Positions 50,119 to 59,906 are shown, counted from the first letter of the stretch. The stretch is 64,000 nt of DNA from an uncultured Verrucomicrobiae bacterium (GCA_963836755.1 CAWIKF010000002.1:1728001-1792000), one strand, 5' to 3'. Program-made: numbers and translations. Notes: a model not told the origin generated them from the letters alone.

Positions 50119-50145
50119 TCGGTTGCGCAATAGACGTTCTAATCT

Positions 50146-50895
50146 ATGAATACCGAAAAACTCAGCAAAGTCCCGGAAGTCACACTCATCTTCTGGATCA
50201 TCAAAATCCTGGCGACGACTCTCGGCGAGACGGGCGGTGATACTGTCTCGATGTCGATGAATCTCGGCTATCTGGTCGGCACTGCCATCTTTGCCGTCAT
50301 CTTTCTGATCGCGGTGGCCATCCAGATTCTCGCGAAAAAGTTTCATCCGCTGATTTACTGGACGACGATTGTCGCGACGACGACGGTGGGGACGACTTTG
50401 GCCGACTTTGCGGATCGTTCGCTCGGCATTGGCTACGCGGGCGGCTCGGCGATCTTGCTTTGCCTGCTCGGGGCGTCGCTTTTCATTTGGAAGCGAACGA
50501 TGGGTTCGGTCGCGGTCGATACGGTCAGCTCGCCGAAGGCGGAGATGTTTTACTGGGTGACGATCATGTTTTCGCAGACCTTGGGAACGGCGCTCGGCGA
50601 TTGGACGGCAGACACGGCGGGAGTCGGCTACGGGGGAGGGATCGTAGTCTTCGGGAGTTTGCTCGCGGTGATCGCCGCGGCCTATCTTTGGACGAAGATT
50701 TCGCACACTGTCTTGTTCTGGGCGGCGTTCATTCTTACGCGTCCGCTCGGCGCGGTGGTCGGCGATTTTCTGGATAAGCCAGTCGCACACGGTGGGCTGG
50801 CACTGAGCCGCTACTCTGCGTCGGCCGCGCTTGTTGTGCTGATGCTTGTCTTCATCTTTTGCTTTCCGCATCGGCCGGCGAGGCGGACGCATTGA
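50146..50895 (+). CDS. COG4705/DUF347-repeat membrane protein
   Basis: SKVPEVTLIFWIIKILATTLGETGGD, TLGTALGD, FWAAFILTRPLGA. Confidence 0.9.
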   Translation: MNTEKLSKVPEVTLIFWIIKILATTLGETGGDTVSMSMNLGYLVGTAIFAVIFLIAVAIQILAKKFHPLIYWTTIVATTTVGTTLADFADRSLGIGYAGGSAILLCLLGASLFIWKRTMGSVAVDTVSSPKAEMFYWVTIMFSQTLGTALGDWTADTAGVGYGGGIVVFGSLLAVIAAAYLWTKISHTVLFWAAFILTRPLGAVVGDFLDKPVAHGGLALSRYSASAALVVLMLVFIFCFPHRPARRTH

Positions 50896-50934
50896 AGCCC
50901 GCGATGAAAATCGGGCTCTAAGTCTACATCGACG

Positions 50935-51606
50935 GTGCGTTTACTTTTCGTCGAAGATTCGGAGCGGCTCCAGCGCTACGTGGGTGCGGCTTTGAAAAAG
51001 GCCGGCTACGCGGTCGATGCGTGCACTGATGGCGAAGAAGGGCTTTGGCTCGCGCAGACGCACGATTACGACGCGATCATTCTCGATCTCATGCTGCCGA
51101 AGCTCGATGGCTTGACGCTGTTGGAGCGGCTGCGTGAGAGCGGAAAGCAAACACACGTCCTCCTGCTTACTGCGCGTGACAGCGTCGAAGATCGCGTGCG
51201 CGGCTTGTTGAGCGGCGCGGATGATTATCTCGTGAAGCCGTTCGATCTTTCCGAGCTGCTCGCCCGTGTTTACGCGCTGTGCCGCCGCGGCTACGGGGCA
51301 AAGCAGGCGCGGCTTGTTTTTGGAGATTTGGTGATCGACGCCGCAGCCAAGAGCATCCGACTCGCTGGCGAACCTGTCGAGCTGCCGCCGCGCGAATACG
51401 CGCTCCTGGAGTATCTTGCGCTGCGTCGCGGTCAGGTCGTCTCGCGCAGCGAGATCGAAGCGCACATCTACGATGATGTCGCCGGTGCGATGAGCAATGT
51501 CGTTGATTCCGCAGTCTGCTCTTTGCGGAAAAGAATCACGCCGCCCGGAGCAAAGCCGCTCATTCAGACCCGGCGCGGCCTGGGATATGTGCTCGACGCC
51601 AAATGA
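50935..51606 (+). CDS. OmpR-family response regulator
   Basis: LFVED, LDLMLP, LTARD, GADDYLVKPF, IQTRRGLGY. Confidence 0.96.
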   Translation: MRLLFVEDSERLQRYVGAALKKAGYAVDACTDGEEGLWLAQTHDYDAIILDLMLPKLDGLTLLERLRESGKQTHVLLLTARDSVEDRVRGLLSGADDYLVKPFDLSELLARVYALCRRGYGAKQARLVFGDLVIDAAAKSIRLAGEPVELPPREYALLEYLALRRGQVVSRSEIEAHIYDDVAGAMSNVVDSAVCSLRKRITPPGAKPLIQTRRGLGYVLDAK

Positions 51607-52796
51607 AAATGCCCATGCACTCCGCTTCATCGGGCAAACTCTCAAAGCCCTGGCTCACGGCGATCATTCTTTGGAGCATCACAGTGTTGGTCATATCCAT
51701 TCGCATATGCCTCGCTCCTCAGCGAAACACCGTTTTCACCACGTTCGAAACGGGAGGCGTGCACTGGCTCCATGGCACTGATCTCTACGATAACTTTCGC
51801 GGCTTTGTTTACAGTCCTCTCGCTGCTGCATTCTTTGCTCCCTTTACCCTGCTTCCAGACGCGGCAGCAAACATCCTATGGAGATTGCTCAACGTGGGGA
51901 TCTATCTCGGGGCGGTCGCGTGGTGGCTAAAGGTGGGACTACAAGAGACGATTTCTCGCAAGAGCTACCCGTGGATTTTTCTACTCCTATTACCTCTGTC
52001 CATTGGCAATCTTAACAATGGACAAGTCAATCCGCTGATCGCGGGATTGCTGATGATCGCGATTCTAGCCGCGCGCGAAGAACGCTGGAACCTTGCCGCA
52101 CTCTGCATCGCCGTAACTACTTATTTCAAGATTTACCCACTGGCCCTCGGACTGGTGCTTGTGGTTCTTTTTCCTAGACGATTCACCTGGCGACTCCTGG
52201 TTGCGCTTTTGCTCATGGGCGCGCTTACCTTTGTCCTCCAGCGACCCCATTACGTGCTGGAGCAATATCGGCTTTGGTTTGCTACGCGCTCTGGTGATGA
52301 CCGGAAGCTGTATAAGATGAGCATCGCCCCGCGTGATCTATGGATGCTTCTGCGGCTGTGTCACATCACAATCAGTGAACGACTCTATATGATGGTCCAA
52401 GTCCTCAGTGGAGCCGCGATTGCACTCGCCTGTCTTATCAGCCGAAAGAAAGGCTGGTCGCTGGATCGTAATCTTGCGCTGCTCCTCGCTCTGGTCACGG
52501 CATGGATGCTTCTGTGCGGCCCCGCAACGGAATCAGCGACCTATATTCTTCTCGCCCCCGCGATCGTATTCGCCGTTGCGGAGGCTTTTTCGCAACCGAG
52601 TTCTCTGTTGATGCGCGGTTGGATTGTTGCCAGCTATGCGATCCTGGTTTTCGGTTTGCAGCTCAATAGCTTTTTCCATCTTAGGAAAAGCGTTTACACA
52701 ATGTCTATTCAGCCGCTGGGAGCTCTGCTCTTCGCGGCCTATATCGCTGCAGGAATGATTTCCTCCTGGACGCGACCATCAGCAGCGGCACGTTAA
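51603..52796 (+). CDS. GT87 (DUF2029) membrane glycosyltransferase
   Basis: FVYSP, NNGQVN, FKIYP; polytopic. Confidence 0.85.
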   Translation: MKMPMHSASSGKLSKPWLTAIILWSITVLVISIRICLAPQRNTVFTTFETGGVHWLHGTDLYDNFRGFVYSPLAAAFFAPFTLLPDAAANILWRLLNVGIYLGAVAWWLKVGLQETISRKSYPWIFLLLLPLSIGNLNNGQVNPLIAGLLMIAILAAREERWNLAALCIAVTTYFKIYPLALGLVLVVLFPRRFTWRLLVALLLMGALTFVLQRPHYVLEQYRLWFATRSGDDRKLYKMSIAPRDLWMLLRLCHITISERLYMMVQVLSGAAIALACLISRKKGWSLDRNLALLLALVTAWMLLCGPATESATYILLAPAIVFAVAEAFSQPSSLLMRGWIVASYAILVFGLQLNSFFHLRKSVYTMSIQPLGALLFAAYIAAGMISSWTRPSAAAR

Positions 52797-52863
52797 TCTT
52801 CGCGGAGCAAGGCCAGTAACCTATTTTAGAATGCACAACTGGCTTCCAAGGTGAACGCACGCG

Positions 52864-54321
52864 ATGAAGTCGATCCGCAAGCAACTCACTCTCTCGCTGC
52901 TCATCGGCTTCGGATTGCTGTTGGCATCAGGCACCGCTGCCCTTTATCTCAGCACCCGGCAGATTCTCCTTCGCGATTTTGACGCGCTGCTTTTGACGAA
53001 AGCGCGCGGGCTGGCATCGCTCACGGAAATTCATGATGGGAAAGTGACCTTTGATTTCGAGGAAGAGTTGCTGCCGGAATTTGCCGGCAAGCAACGCGAG
53101 GCGTTCTTCGAAATGTGGCTTCCCGATGGTCGAGTTTTGGCTCGGTCACGATCACTGAATGGAAGGGATTTGTCGCCACCGCCTGCTAACACTGGCATTA
53201 CTACGCCCCTTTTCTGGAATCTGGATCTGCAACAAGGGGAGCCGGGACGTGCTGTAACCTTGACTTTCTTTCCGCCAGAAGATGACGAACATGCGGCTGG
53301 AAAGGATTTGTCACGGCTGGTGACGGTTACTGTTGCGCTGGACCGCGGCTATCTCGATGCCCACCTTCACGTCTTCGCCATTGGCGCCGCCATTGCCAGT
53401 ATCTTGATGATGTCGGGAGGTGCGTTCCTGGCGGCTTTTTCCGTCCGCCGTGCGCTCTCGTCACTCTCGGAACTTGGGCAGCGAGTCGCGGCAGTGGATG
53501 CCATGACGCTCGCCTCGCGCTTTGACTGCGAGCATCTCCCCTACGAGCTAAGTCCGATCTGCAAACGGCTGAATGATCTCCTGGCACGACTCGATGCAGC
53601 GTTTGCGCGTGAGCGGCGTTTTAGTGAGGATGTTGCGCATGAATTGCGCACGCCGGTGGCAGAACTGCGGGCGCTGGCCCAGTTGTCCTTGACCTCCAAA
53701 AATGAGGACGAACCAGACATTGCCGTGTTTCGCGATGCCTTGGCGATTGCCGAGCACATGGAGGAGATTACCAACGGCTTGCTCGCGATCGCCCGCTGCG
53801 AGAGCGGCCGACAGATCATCGATCGTGAGCCCGTCTTCCTGCTGCCGCTGCTGCACGATCTCTGGCGTCCGCATGCCACGCGCGCCGATGAGCGCTCATT
53901 AAAAGTCACGGTGAGCATTCTTCCAGGACTTTGCGCGCTCAGTGATCGCGCTCTGCTCCGCACCGTCATCTCGAATCTATTCGCCAACGCAGCCGCTTAC
54001 GCGCCGATAGGTTCGACCGTCGGCATCACAGCCACCCGTGAAGGTGCGTTTGCGCGACTCACCGTCAGCAATCCACCCGGCGAGCTCACGCAGTCTGATC
54101 TTCCACGGCTTTTCGAGCGTTTCTGGCGCAAAGATCCTGCGCGCACCGGCTCCGGTCATGCCGGTCTTGGACTGTCGATCGCACAAGCTGCGGCGCGCCT
54201 ATTGGGCGAGGAACTTCATGCGGAGATTAGCGATACGGAGCTTTTCACCATTCGCCTGACACTCCCTCTTGCCGAGGCCGCCGAAGGCGAGGGGACTTCC
54301 GGCCATTCGGTGACCGGCTGA
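52864..54321 (+). CDS. Sensor histidine kinase
   Basis: Two TMs, HAMP, VAHELRTP, NLFANA, FERFWR, GLGLSI. Confidence 0.95.
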   Translation: MKSIRKQLTLSLLIGFGLLLASGTAALYLSTRQILLRDFDALLLTKARGLASLTEIHDGKVTFDFEEELLPEFAGKQREAFFEMWLPDGRVLARSRSLNGRDLSPPPANTGITTPLFWNLDLQQGEPGRAVTLTFFPPEDDEHAAGKDLSRLVTVTVALDRGYLDAHLHVFAIGAAIASILMMSGGAFLAAFSVRRALSSLSELGQRVAAVDAMTLASRFDCEHLPYELSPICKRLNDLLARLDAAFARERRFSEDVAHELRTPVAELRALAQLSLTSKNEDEPDIAVFRDALAIAEHMEEITNGLLAIARCESGRQIIDREPVFLLPLLHDLWRPHATRADERSLKVTVSILPGLCALSDRALLRTVISNLFANAAAYAPIGSTVGITATREGAFARLTVSNPPGELTQSDLPRLFERFWRKDPARTGSGHAGLGLSIAQAAARLLGEELHAEISDTELFTIRLTLPLAEAAEGEGTSGHSVTG

Positions 54322-54685
54322 TATCAAGTGGTGACCGGCTTTGTTCAAGCGACGACCGCCTCGGTTAAAGGAGTGACCGCCTTTGTTCACGCGGTGACCG
54401 GCTTGGTTAAAGGAGCGACCGCTTGGTATAAAGCGATGACCGCCTTGGTTAAAGGCGCGACCGCTTGATATAAAGCGGTGACCGGCTTGGTCAAAGGAGC
54501 GACCGCTTGATATAAAGCGGTGACCGCTTTGGTTAAGGGAGCGACCGCTTGATATAAAGCGACGACCGCCTTGGTCAAAGGAGCGACCGCTTGATATAAA
54601 GCGATGACCGCTTTGGTCAAAGGAGCGACCGCTTGATATAAAGCGACGACCGGCTTGGATTAAGCGGTCGCCGCCTTGGTTCAAG
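54308..54685. repeat. 18 x 21-bp tandem repeat with 42-bp higher-order alternation
   Basis: gagcgaccgcttgatataaag-type units alternate with cg(g/a)(t/c)gaccg..ttggt(t/c)aaag-type units; 378 bp = 18 x 21. Confidence 0.95.
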
Positions 54686-54751
54686 CCGCCACGCCCCCGG
54701 CAGACCGGCTCGCGGTCGCCCCGACGCCGATCCTTCCGTTCTTGCCGACCC

Positions 54752-55123
54752 TCAGCTGCGCTGAGCAAGGCTTTGCAGCGCGTCAGTCAAGCTCTCATAG
54801 GTCCGAGTGTGGACATCCGGGTGGTGATGAAACCGCGCAATGAGGGCGAACCCAATATCTTTGCTGGGATCGGGAATGACTCGCACCACCGTTTTCACCT
54901 CCTTTTCCTGGCATAGGCTCATGATTTCCCCGAGGTCGCCGGCGCAGGACGGGTCCATCGATTCCAAGGCACTCAGGTCCGTAATGAGCACAAAGCCCGG
55001 CTGAAGTGTGTCCATGACGCCTCGGACATTCTCCAGACACTCGCGCATGTCCGCCGCCAGCACACACTGGCTGTAGCTCATGGTCAGCATTTGCCCCGAT
55101 TTGTCCGCTTCGACGAGAATCAT
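54752..55123 (-). CDS. Hypothetical protein, possibly SpoIIAA/STAS-like fold
   Basis: 123-aa ORF; GFVLITDLSALESM, VVRVIPDP. Confidence 0.7.
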   Translation of the reverse strand: MILVEADKSGQMLTMSYSQCVLAADMRECLENVRGVMDTLQPGFVLITDLSALESMDPSCAGDLGEIMSLCQEKEVKTVVRVIPDPSKDIGFALIARFHHHPDVHTRTYESLTDALQSLAQRS

Positions 55124-55207
55124 TGCGGCGAGTATCGCATCGATCCCACATTCCGGCACGAAAATCGTTTTTAATCTTTGGCGGGCAAAAGAGGTGTATC
55201 CTTTTCC

Positions 55208-55762
55208 ATGAGCAATCACCTGCGAGACTTTGCGAAGAAGCGTTTCGAGGCTCGGACTTTGAGGCGCTGCCGGAGCGGGAACGTCGGGTCATTCAATACT
55301 TCAGCGACCGGCTGCACATCAGCCGCAATACCAATCGCGAGTTCGAGCAGAATCTTACCTTCGGACAAAGACTGGCCGACAAGGTGGCAGCGTTTGGCGG
55401 CTCGTGGACCTTCATCATTCTCTTCGGCGTGATCCTGGTTTCATGGATTCTGCTCAATAGCTTTCTCCTCGCCCATCGTGGCGCTTCTTTTGATCCGTAT
55501 CCTTTTATTTTGCTGAATCTCTTCCTTTCCATGCTCGCGGCTATTCAAGCGCCGATCATCCTGATGTCGCAGAATCGGCAGGCGGTGAAGGATCGCTTTG
55601 ACGCTGCTCACGATTACGAGGTGAACTTGAAGGCCGAACTCGAGATCCTGAGCCTGCATGAAAAGATCGACGAGCTGCGCGAGAAGAACTGGAGGGGAGT
55701 TGATCGAGATGCAGCAGCAGCAAATAGAACTTTTGACGCAGCTTGCGAAGGGGCGTGCCTGA
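55208..55762 (+). CDS. DUF1003 membrane protein with two frameshifts (about 55247 and 55697)
   Basis: LADKVAAFGGSW, FDPYPFILLNL, QAPIILMSQNRQ, DYEVNLKAE; N-terminus and ELIEMQQQQIELL tail lie in another frame. Confidence 0.85.
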
Positions 55763-55818
55763 GGGACGCAGCGAAAGAATCCCTCGCCGTTCGGTGGCGC
55801 GGTCGATTACCCTGAGCC

Positions 55819-55965
55819 ATGCCTAAAAGCCCAAATAAACCTGAGACTCAAACCCCGGCAAAAAATGCGAATCCCAAAGGGAACAAGCTGACGACGAAGA
55901 ATGCGAAAGCATCGGCGCATAAAGCACCGGAGAGGCGGAATGAGAATAAAGTGAGGGGGCGATAG
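55819..55965 (+). CDS. Putative 48-aa Lys/Asn-rich small protein
   Basis: MPKSPNKPETQTPAKNANPKGNKLTTKNAKASAHKAPERRNENKVRGR fills an intergenic gap. Confidence 0.4.
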   Translation: MPKSPNKPETQTPAKNANPKGNKLTTKNAKASAHKAPERRNENKVRGR

Positions 55966-56111
55966 ATAGGACAGGCGCTCGCGCCACGTTTGACGGATTG
56001 ACACCGGGCAAGGTCTATCTCATTTCAGTCAATGCGGTCGGCTCTGCCGGCACGAGTGACTGGAGTGATTACGGTAGCTTGATGGTGATCTAAGCGATCG
56101 CCTCCATGAAC

Positions 56112-56151
56112 AAGGCGGCGCGCCCGATGAGGGTGCGCCGCTTTTGTTTTT
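56112..56151 (+). terminator. Intrinsic terminator
   Basis: aaggcggcgcgccc-gatga-gggtgcgccgcttt followed by tgttttt. Confidence 0.85.
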
Positions 56152-56243
56152 GGCGGCATTTTAATTCCAGCTATCGCAAGTCTTTGCTAGCGGGATGAAC
56201 CATCCGGTGGCTTAATGGAAGGAACGTGAAAGAAAACACAAAC

Positions 56244-57239
56244 ATGACCGCTCCTAACTCATTGAAGATCCTCGCGGCTGGATGGACGCTGCTGGCCTGC
56301 TTTGCCACAGCATCTGCCATCGCGGCTGCACCATTGATCCCTGGAAAGCCGATCCCTGTGGCGAACTCGCACGGCGGGTTCGATTTCATCGAAGTGGATC
56401 AAGGCTCCTCTCGCTTGCTCGGGCCGCATACGAGGAATGGGACGTTTGACCTTTTTCAACTACCGATCGGCAAGCTGCTAAAGCAGGTGCAGGTGGGCAA
56501 GACGCAGTCAGTGGCAGTGGATGCGAAGGCGGGCAAATACTACCTCGCCGGCAGCGAGAAGCCGCGGCTCGTTACGCTTGACATGAAGAGTCTCGATGTC
56601 AACGGCGAAACTACTCTTCCCGGCCCTGCTGACATCATGGCTTTCGATCCGAGGAATCATGCAGCCTATGTGTGTCATGATGATGGGACTGAAGTCTGGG
56701 TGGTGGATGTAGTGTCGCAGAAGATCATTGCGACCATCACGATTCCTGAAGGTCCGGAAGGGATTGTTTATGATCCGACGAGTGATCGCCTGTTTGTAAA
56801 TGTCAAAGCAACTAGCGAAGTGGTGGTGATCGATCCTACTGCAAACAAGGTCGTGGCAAACTGGTCCACCGCGCCCGCGGATAAGCCGCATGGATTGGCC
56901 ATTGACCCACAGATGCACCGGCTCTTCGCTGCGGGAGCTAATGGTCAACTCGTTGAAATCGACTGCGTAACCGGAAAGGTGGTTGGCTCTGCAAAGATTG
57001 CTCTTAAGGTCGATCAAGTCGCCTATGATCCTGAACTCAAGCAGATCTATGCTGCGAGCGGGACCGGTGTGGTATCAGTAGTGCTCGCAAAGGAGTCAGG
57101 GCTCGAAGCTCTCGGCGATGTTCCTACGCACGCTGGCGCGCATTCCGTCGCCGTGGATTTCAAGACGCACACAGTCTGGACTGCTTATGGCGACGACAGC
57201 GCGAGCTACATTCTTTCTTTGAAGACTCCCAAGGAGTAG
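56244..57239 (+). CDS. YncE/YVTN-like beta-propeller secreted protein
   Basis: Signal peptide; repeats such as GPEGIVYDP, KPHGLAIDP and GAHSVAVD. Confidence 0.88.
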   Translation: MTAPNSLKILAAGWTLLACFATASAIAAAPLIPGKPIPVANSHGGFDFIEVDQGSSRLLGPHTRNGTFDLFQLPIGKLLKQVQVGKTQSVAVDAKAGKYYLAGSEKPRLVTLDMKSLDVNGETTLPGPADIMAFDPRNHAAYVCHDDGTEVWVVDVVSQKIIATITIPEGPEGIVYDPTSDRLFVNVKATSEVVVIDPTANKVVANWSTAPADKPHGLAIDPQMHRLFAAGANGQLVEIDCVTGKVVGSAKIALKVDQVAYDPELKQIYAASGTGVVSVVLAKESGLEALGDVPTHAGAHSVAVDFKTHTVWTAYGDDSASYILSLKTPKE

Positions 57240-57248
57240 AGCTCGCCG

Positions 57249-59906
57249 ATGCGTCGGGTGCTCTTTCTCCTCATCATTGGGAGCTTCGGCATGCTCGGAA
57301 GCTCTGCCGCCGAAAGTGGACTCACTTTTGGTGCGTATTATACGAAGATGAGCAAAGGGGAGAGCTGGGAGACTTTCTCGCGCACTGGAAAATATGCTGA
57401 TGTCGTGGTGCAGCTTCCATCGGGGAAGTTGATTTTTTGGCGGGGGACGAGCTACCTGCCTTATTGGAAGACGGAGCAAGGCGAGTGGAGTCTGCCGGAG
57501 ATCATCCCTCGCAGCGGCGATGGTGTGGAGCCGATGCCGGATCGGGAGAATGTCTACTCCCACGTTGCGATCATTCAAAATACCAGCTCGGCGGTGGTAG
57601 TGCACTGGAGGTATCTCGCGAGCTTCGCACCCGGCAATCCGAACCAGAACGTGGCGCTCGATCATTTCGTCGATGAGCTGTTCACCATCACACCCGATGG
57701 GAAGGTCGATCGCGTGATCAAGCAATGCACCGACAAGATCGACGATTGGAAGGATCCGCTGAACCAGACTACGGAAACTTTGCAGCTAAAGAAAGAAGGC
57801 GTCGCAGAGGTTTCCCGGATTGCGCCAAAGCATTCACCGATCGTGGAAAAGGTGGAAGCTGGTCTGCAAAGCAAGAAGCCGATAGTCCAGCCCATCGTTT
57901 GGCTAAAGTTCGACGAAGGTGCTGGTTCGAATGCGACGGAAAGTGTGACTGGAACTTTGTTGCCAATCACTGGCCCTAAAGTGCTCTGGAAGCAAGGAGT
58001 CTCCGGCACCGCCTTGGAGTTTGATGGCTATCGCAGCTCAGTCGTCATGCCATTGGCAAGGGCGCCTGCTGTTAGCGGCGGAAGTATCACGCTGGAAGGA
58101 TGGGTCGCGCTGGGCGCCTACCCGTGGAATTGGGCGCCGATCATACAGCAGGGAGATAACCAAGGCTACTTCCTGGGCGTGGACAGCGATGGTTATCCCG
58201 GCTTTATGGTGAAAGTAGATGGCGTATGGCAGCAACTTTTCGTGCCGAACGCGCAACCTTACAAGGATACGAATCACATGGAGTGCTTCCATTGGTATCA
58301 CGTAGCCGGTAGCTATAACAAATCCGATGGGATGATGCGGCTCTTTCTCGATGGCCGGGAAGTGGCGGCGAAGCGCGTGGGAACAGGAGGCGTCGAGACA
58401 AGCAAAGACGACATCCGAATCGGAAAGGCGGGCATCCTTACCAAACCGACCGGTGGGACTCACGACACCAAGCCGAGCGACTTCGGATTGGATGCGCTGC
58501 TCGATGAAGTCAAAGTTTACAACGTAGCTTTCGATGGCAAGCAGGCATCGCAGTCTTACCAGGAGTTCAACCCCGGGCAGAAGGTCATCACGTCGCCGGA
58601 CATGCAGAAGCGCCACTTCCCGATCGTCGAAGCGAAAGACTTCGGCGGCCTTTATACTCAACTTCCTTACTATGAGACTTGGGACAACCTATGGAGCGTA
58701 GGTCCTTATTCGGACATCGTAGTTGGGTTCGATGAGTCGCCGATCAAAGTCGTGTTCTGGCGCGGCATGAGCTATATCCCGATGCTCGTCAATGAGAGCC
58801 AGCAATGGTTTACGAACGAGTTCAATGAGGTCGGTTTCAACAAGGATGCTCCCGGAGATTGCGAACCAATGTCGGATAAGGCCTGCTTCGACTCCCATGT
58901 CAGGCTCGTCGAAAACACCCCGACGCGGGTCGTAGTTCACTGGCGCTACCGTCTCGCGAATCCGGACCATTATTGGGGCTACTATGACAGCAACACGGGC
59001 TGGGGCGACATTGCGGATTGGTATCTAACCATCTATCCCGACGGAGTCGTCTGCAAGTCCATGCACTGCTATTCCTCCCGGCTTGAGCGATGGCATGAAT
59101 GGGATGAACAGATCGTAGTCTTCAGTGAAGGACAACACCCGGAAAGCGTGATCAAGAAAACTCCGGTAATGACTCTGGTCGATACCAACGGGAACTCCGT
59201 GGACTATGATTGGAACCCGAATCCTCCGCAGCCAAAGTATCCCGGCTCCATCATCCAGATGATCCATCTGACTGGACGATACTCTCCTTTTAGCGTGCAG
59301 AAGTTTGACAAAGGCGACATCTACCGCGGCGAACGGACATGGTATTCCGTATTTCCTTCCTGGAACCATTGGCCGACTTCGCAGATCGATTCTTCCGGTC
59401 GCAACGCTTCCTTCCCCGATCGCGCGTCCCACTCTTCCATTTCCCATCTCTACTGGCCTTACCGCTCGCAAGAAAAAGGAAGCGCCCCCTTTCAAGAAAA
59501 AGTTTTACTCGAAGGTATGTCAGACCAACCCGCTGCTTCACTGGTGCCGCTGGCAAAATCATGGCTGAACCCGCCGGACGTTACCAAGCTAGTCGGTGCT
59601 ACTACCGAGCCCTACGACCAATCGCAAAGGGCCTATCCGTTTCAATATGCTGGAGCGCCTTTCGCCTTTACCATCAAAGCAACTCCAGATCGTCCCATTC
59701 AGAATCTTTGCTTCGAGATCAAACATTGGGCGAGCCGGACAACGCACGTTTCGCTGCAGGTCAATGGCGCTTCACAAAGCGAAGGTCCAAACTTCCGGCA
59801 AGGAGTCAACATCGACCCCGACGGAACCTTGACGTTGTTGGTATGGGTTGGCCTCTCCGTTCAATCGCCACAAACTTTCCGACTAGCCGCCGCGCCCACG
59901 CAGTAA
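57249..59906 (+). CDS. Large secreted LamG (concanavalin-like) domain protein with internal duplication
   Basis: FDEGAG, GTALEFDG, WYHVAGSY, LDEVKVYN; two copies of ADVVV..FWRG.SY.P...VVHWRY...I.PDG. Confidence 0.85.
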   Translation: MRRVLFLLIIGSFGMLGSSAAESGLTFGAYYTKMSKGESWETFSRTGKYADVVVQLPSGKLIFWRGTSYLPYWKTEQGEWSLPEIIPRSGDGVEPMPDRENVYSHVAIIQNTSSAVVVHWRYLASFAPGNPNQNVALDHFVDELFTITPDGKVDRVIKQCTDKIDDWKDPLNQTTETLQLKKEGVAEVSRIAPKHSPIVEKVEAGLQSKKPIVQPIVWLKFDEGAGSNATESVTGTLLPITGPKVLWKQGVSGTALEFDGYRSSVVMPLARAPAVSGGSITLEGWVALGAYPWNWAPIIQQGDNQGYFLGVDSDGYPGFMVKVDGVWQQLFVPNAQPYKDTNHMECFHWYHVAGSYNKSDGMMRLFLDGREVAAKRVGTGGVETSKDDIRIGKAGILTKPTGGTHDTKPSDFGLDALLDEVKVYNVAFDGKQASQSYQEFNPGQKVITSPDMQKRHFPIVEAKDFGGLYTQLPYYETWDNLWSVGPYSDIVVGFDESPIKVVFWRGMSYIPMLVNESQQWFTNEFNEVGFNKDAPGDCEPMSDKACFDSHVRLVENTPTRVVVHWRYRLANPDHYWGYYDSNTGWGDIADWYLTIYPDGVVCKSMHCYSSRLERWHEWDEQIVVFSEGQHPESVIKKTPVMTLVDTNGNSVDYDWNPNPPQPKYPGSIIQMIHLTGRYSPFSVQKFDKGDIYRGERTWYSVFPSWNHWPTSQIDSSGRNASFPDRASHSSISHLYWPYRSQEKGSAPFQEKVLLEGMSDQPAASLVPLAKSWLNPPDVTKLVGATTEPYDQSQRAYPFQYAGAPFAFTIKATPDRPIQNLCFEIKHWASRTTHVSLQVNGASQSEGPNFRQGVNIDPDGTLTLLVWVGLSVQSPQTFRLAAAPTQ

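Noticed and set aside
50081..50128. GTCTAAC...GTTGCGC hairpin as an attC
   Set aside because: Only 48 bp, lacks L boxes and an extrahelical base, and is unrelated to the local attC family.
54308..54685. Constant/variable 21-bp alternation as a mini-CRISPR
   Set aside because: The variable units are homologous to each other and to the constant unit, so they are not unique spacers.
54199..54768. 189-aa minus ORF across the repeat as a gene
   Set aside because: It is open because the repeat period is a multiple of 3; it overlaps the HK antisense and has no good start.
38168..59897. 9-bp direct repeat gccgcgccc near both island edges as a target duplication
   Set aside because: Short and all-GC in a GC-rich genome; the right copy is inside a CDS; likely chance.
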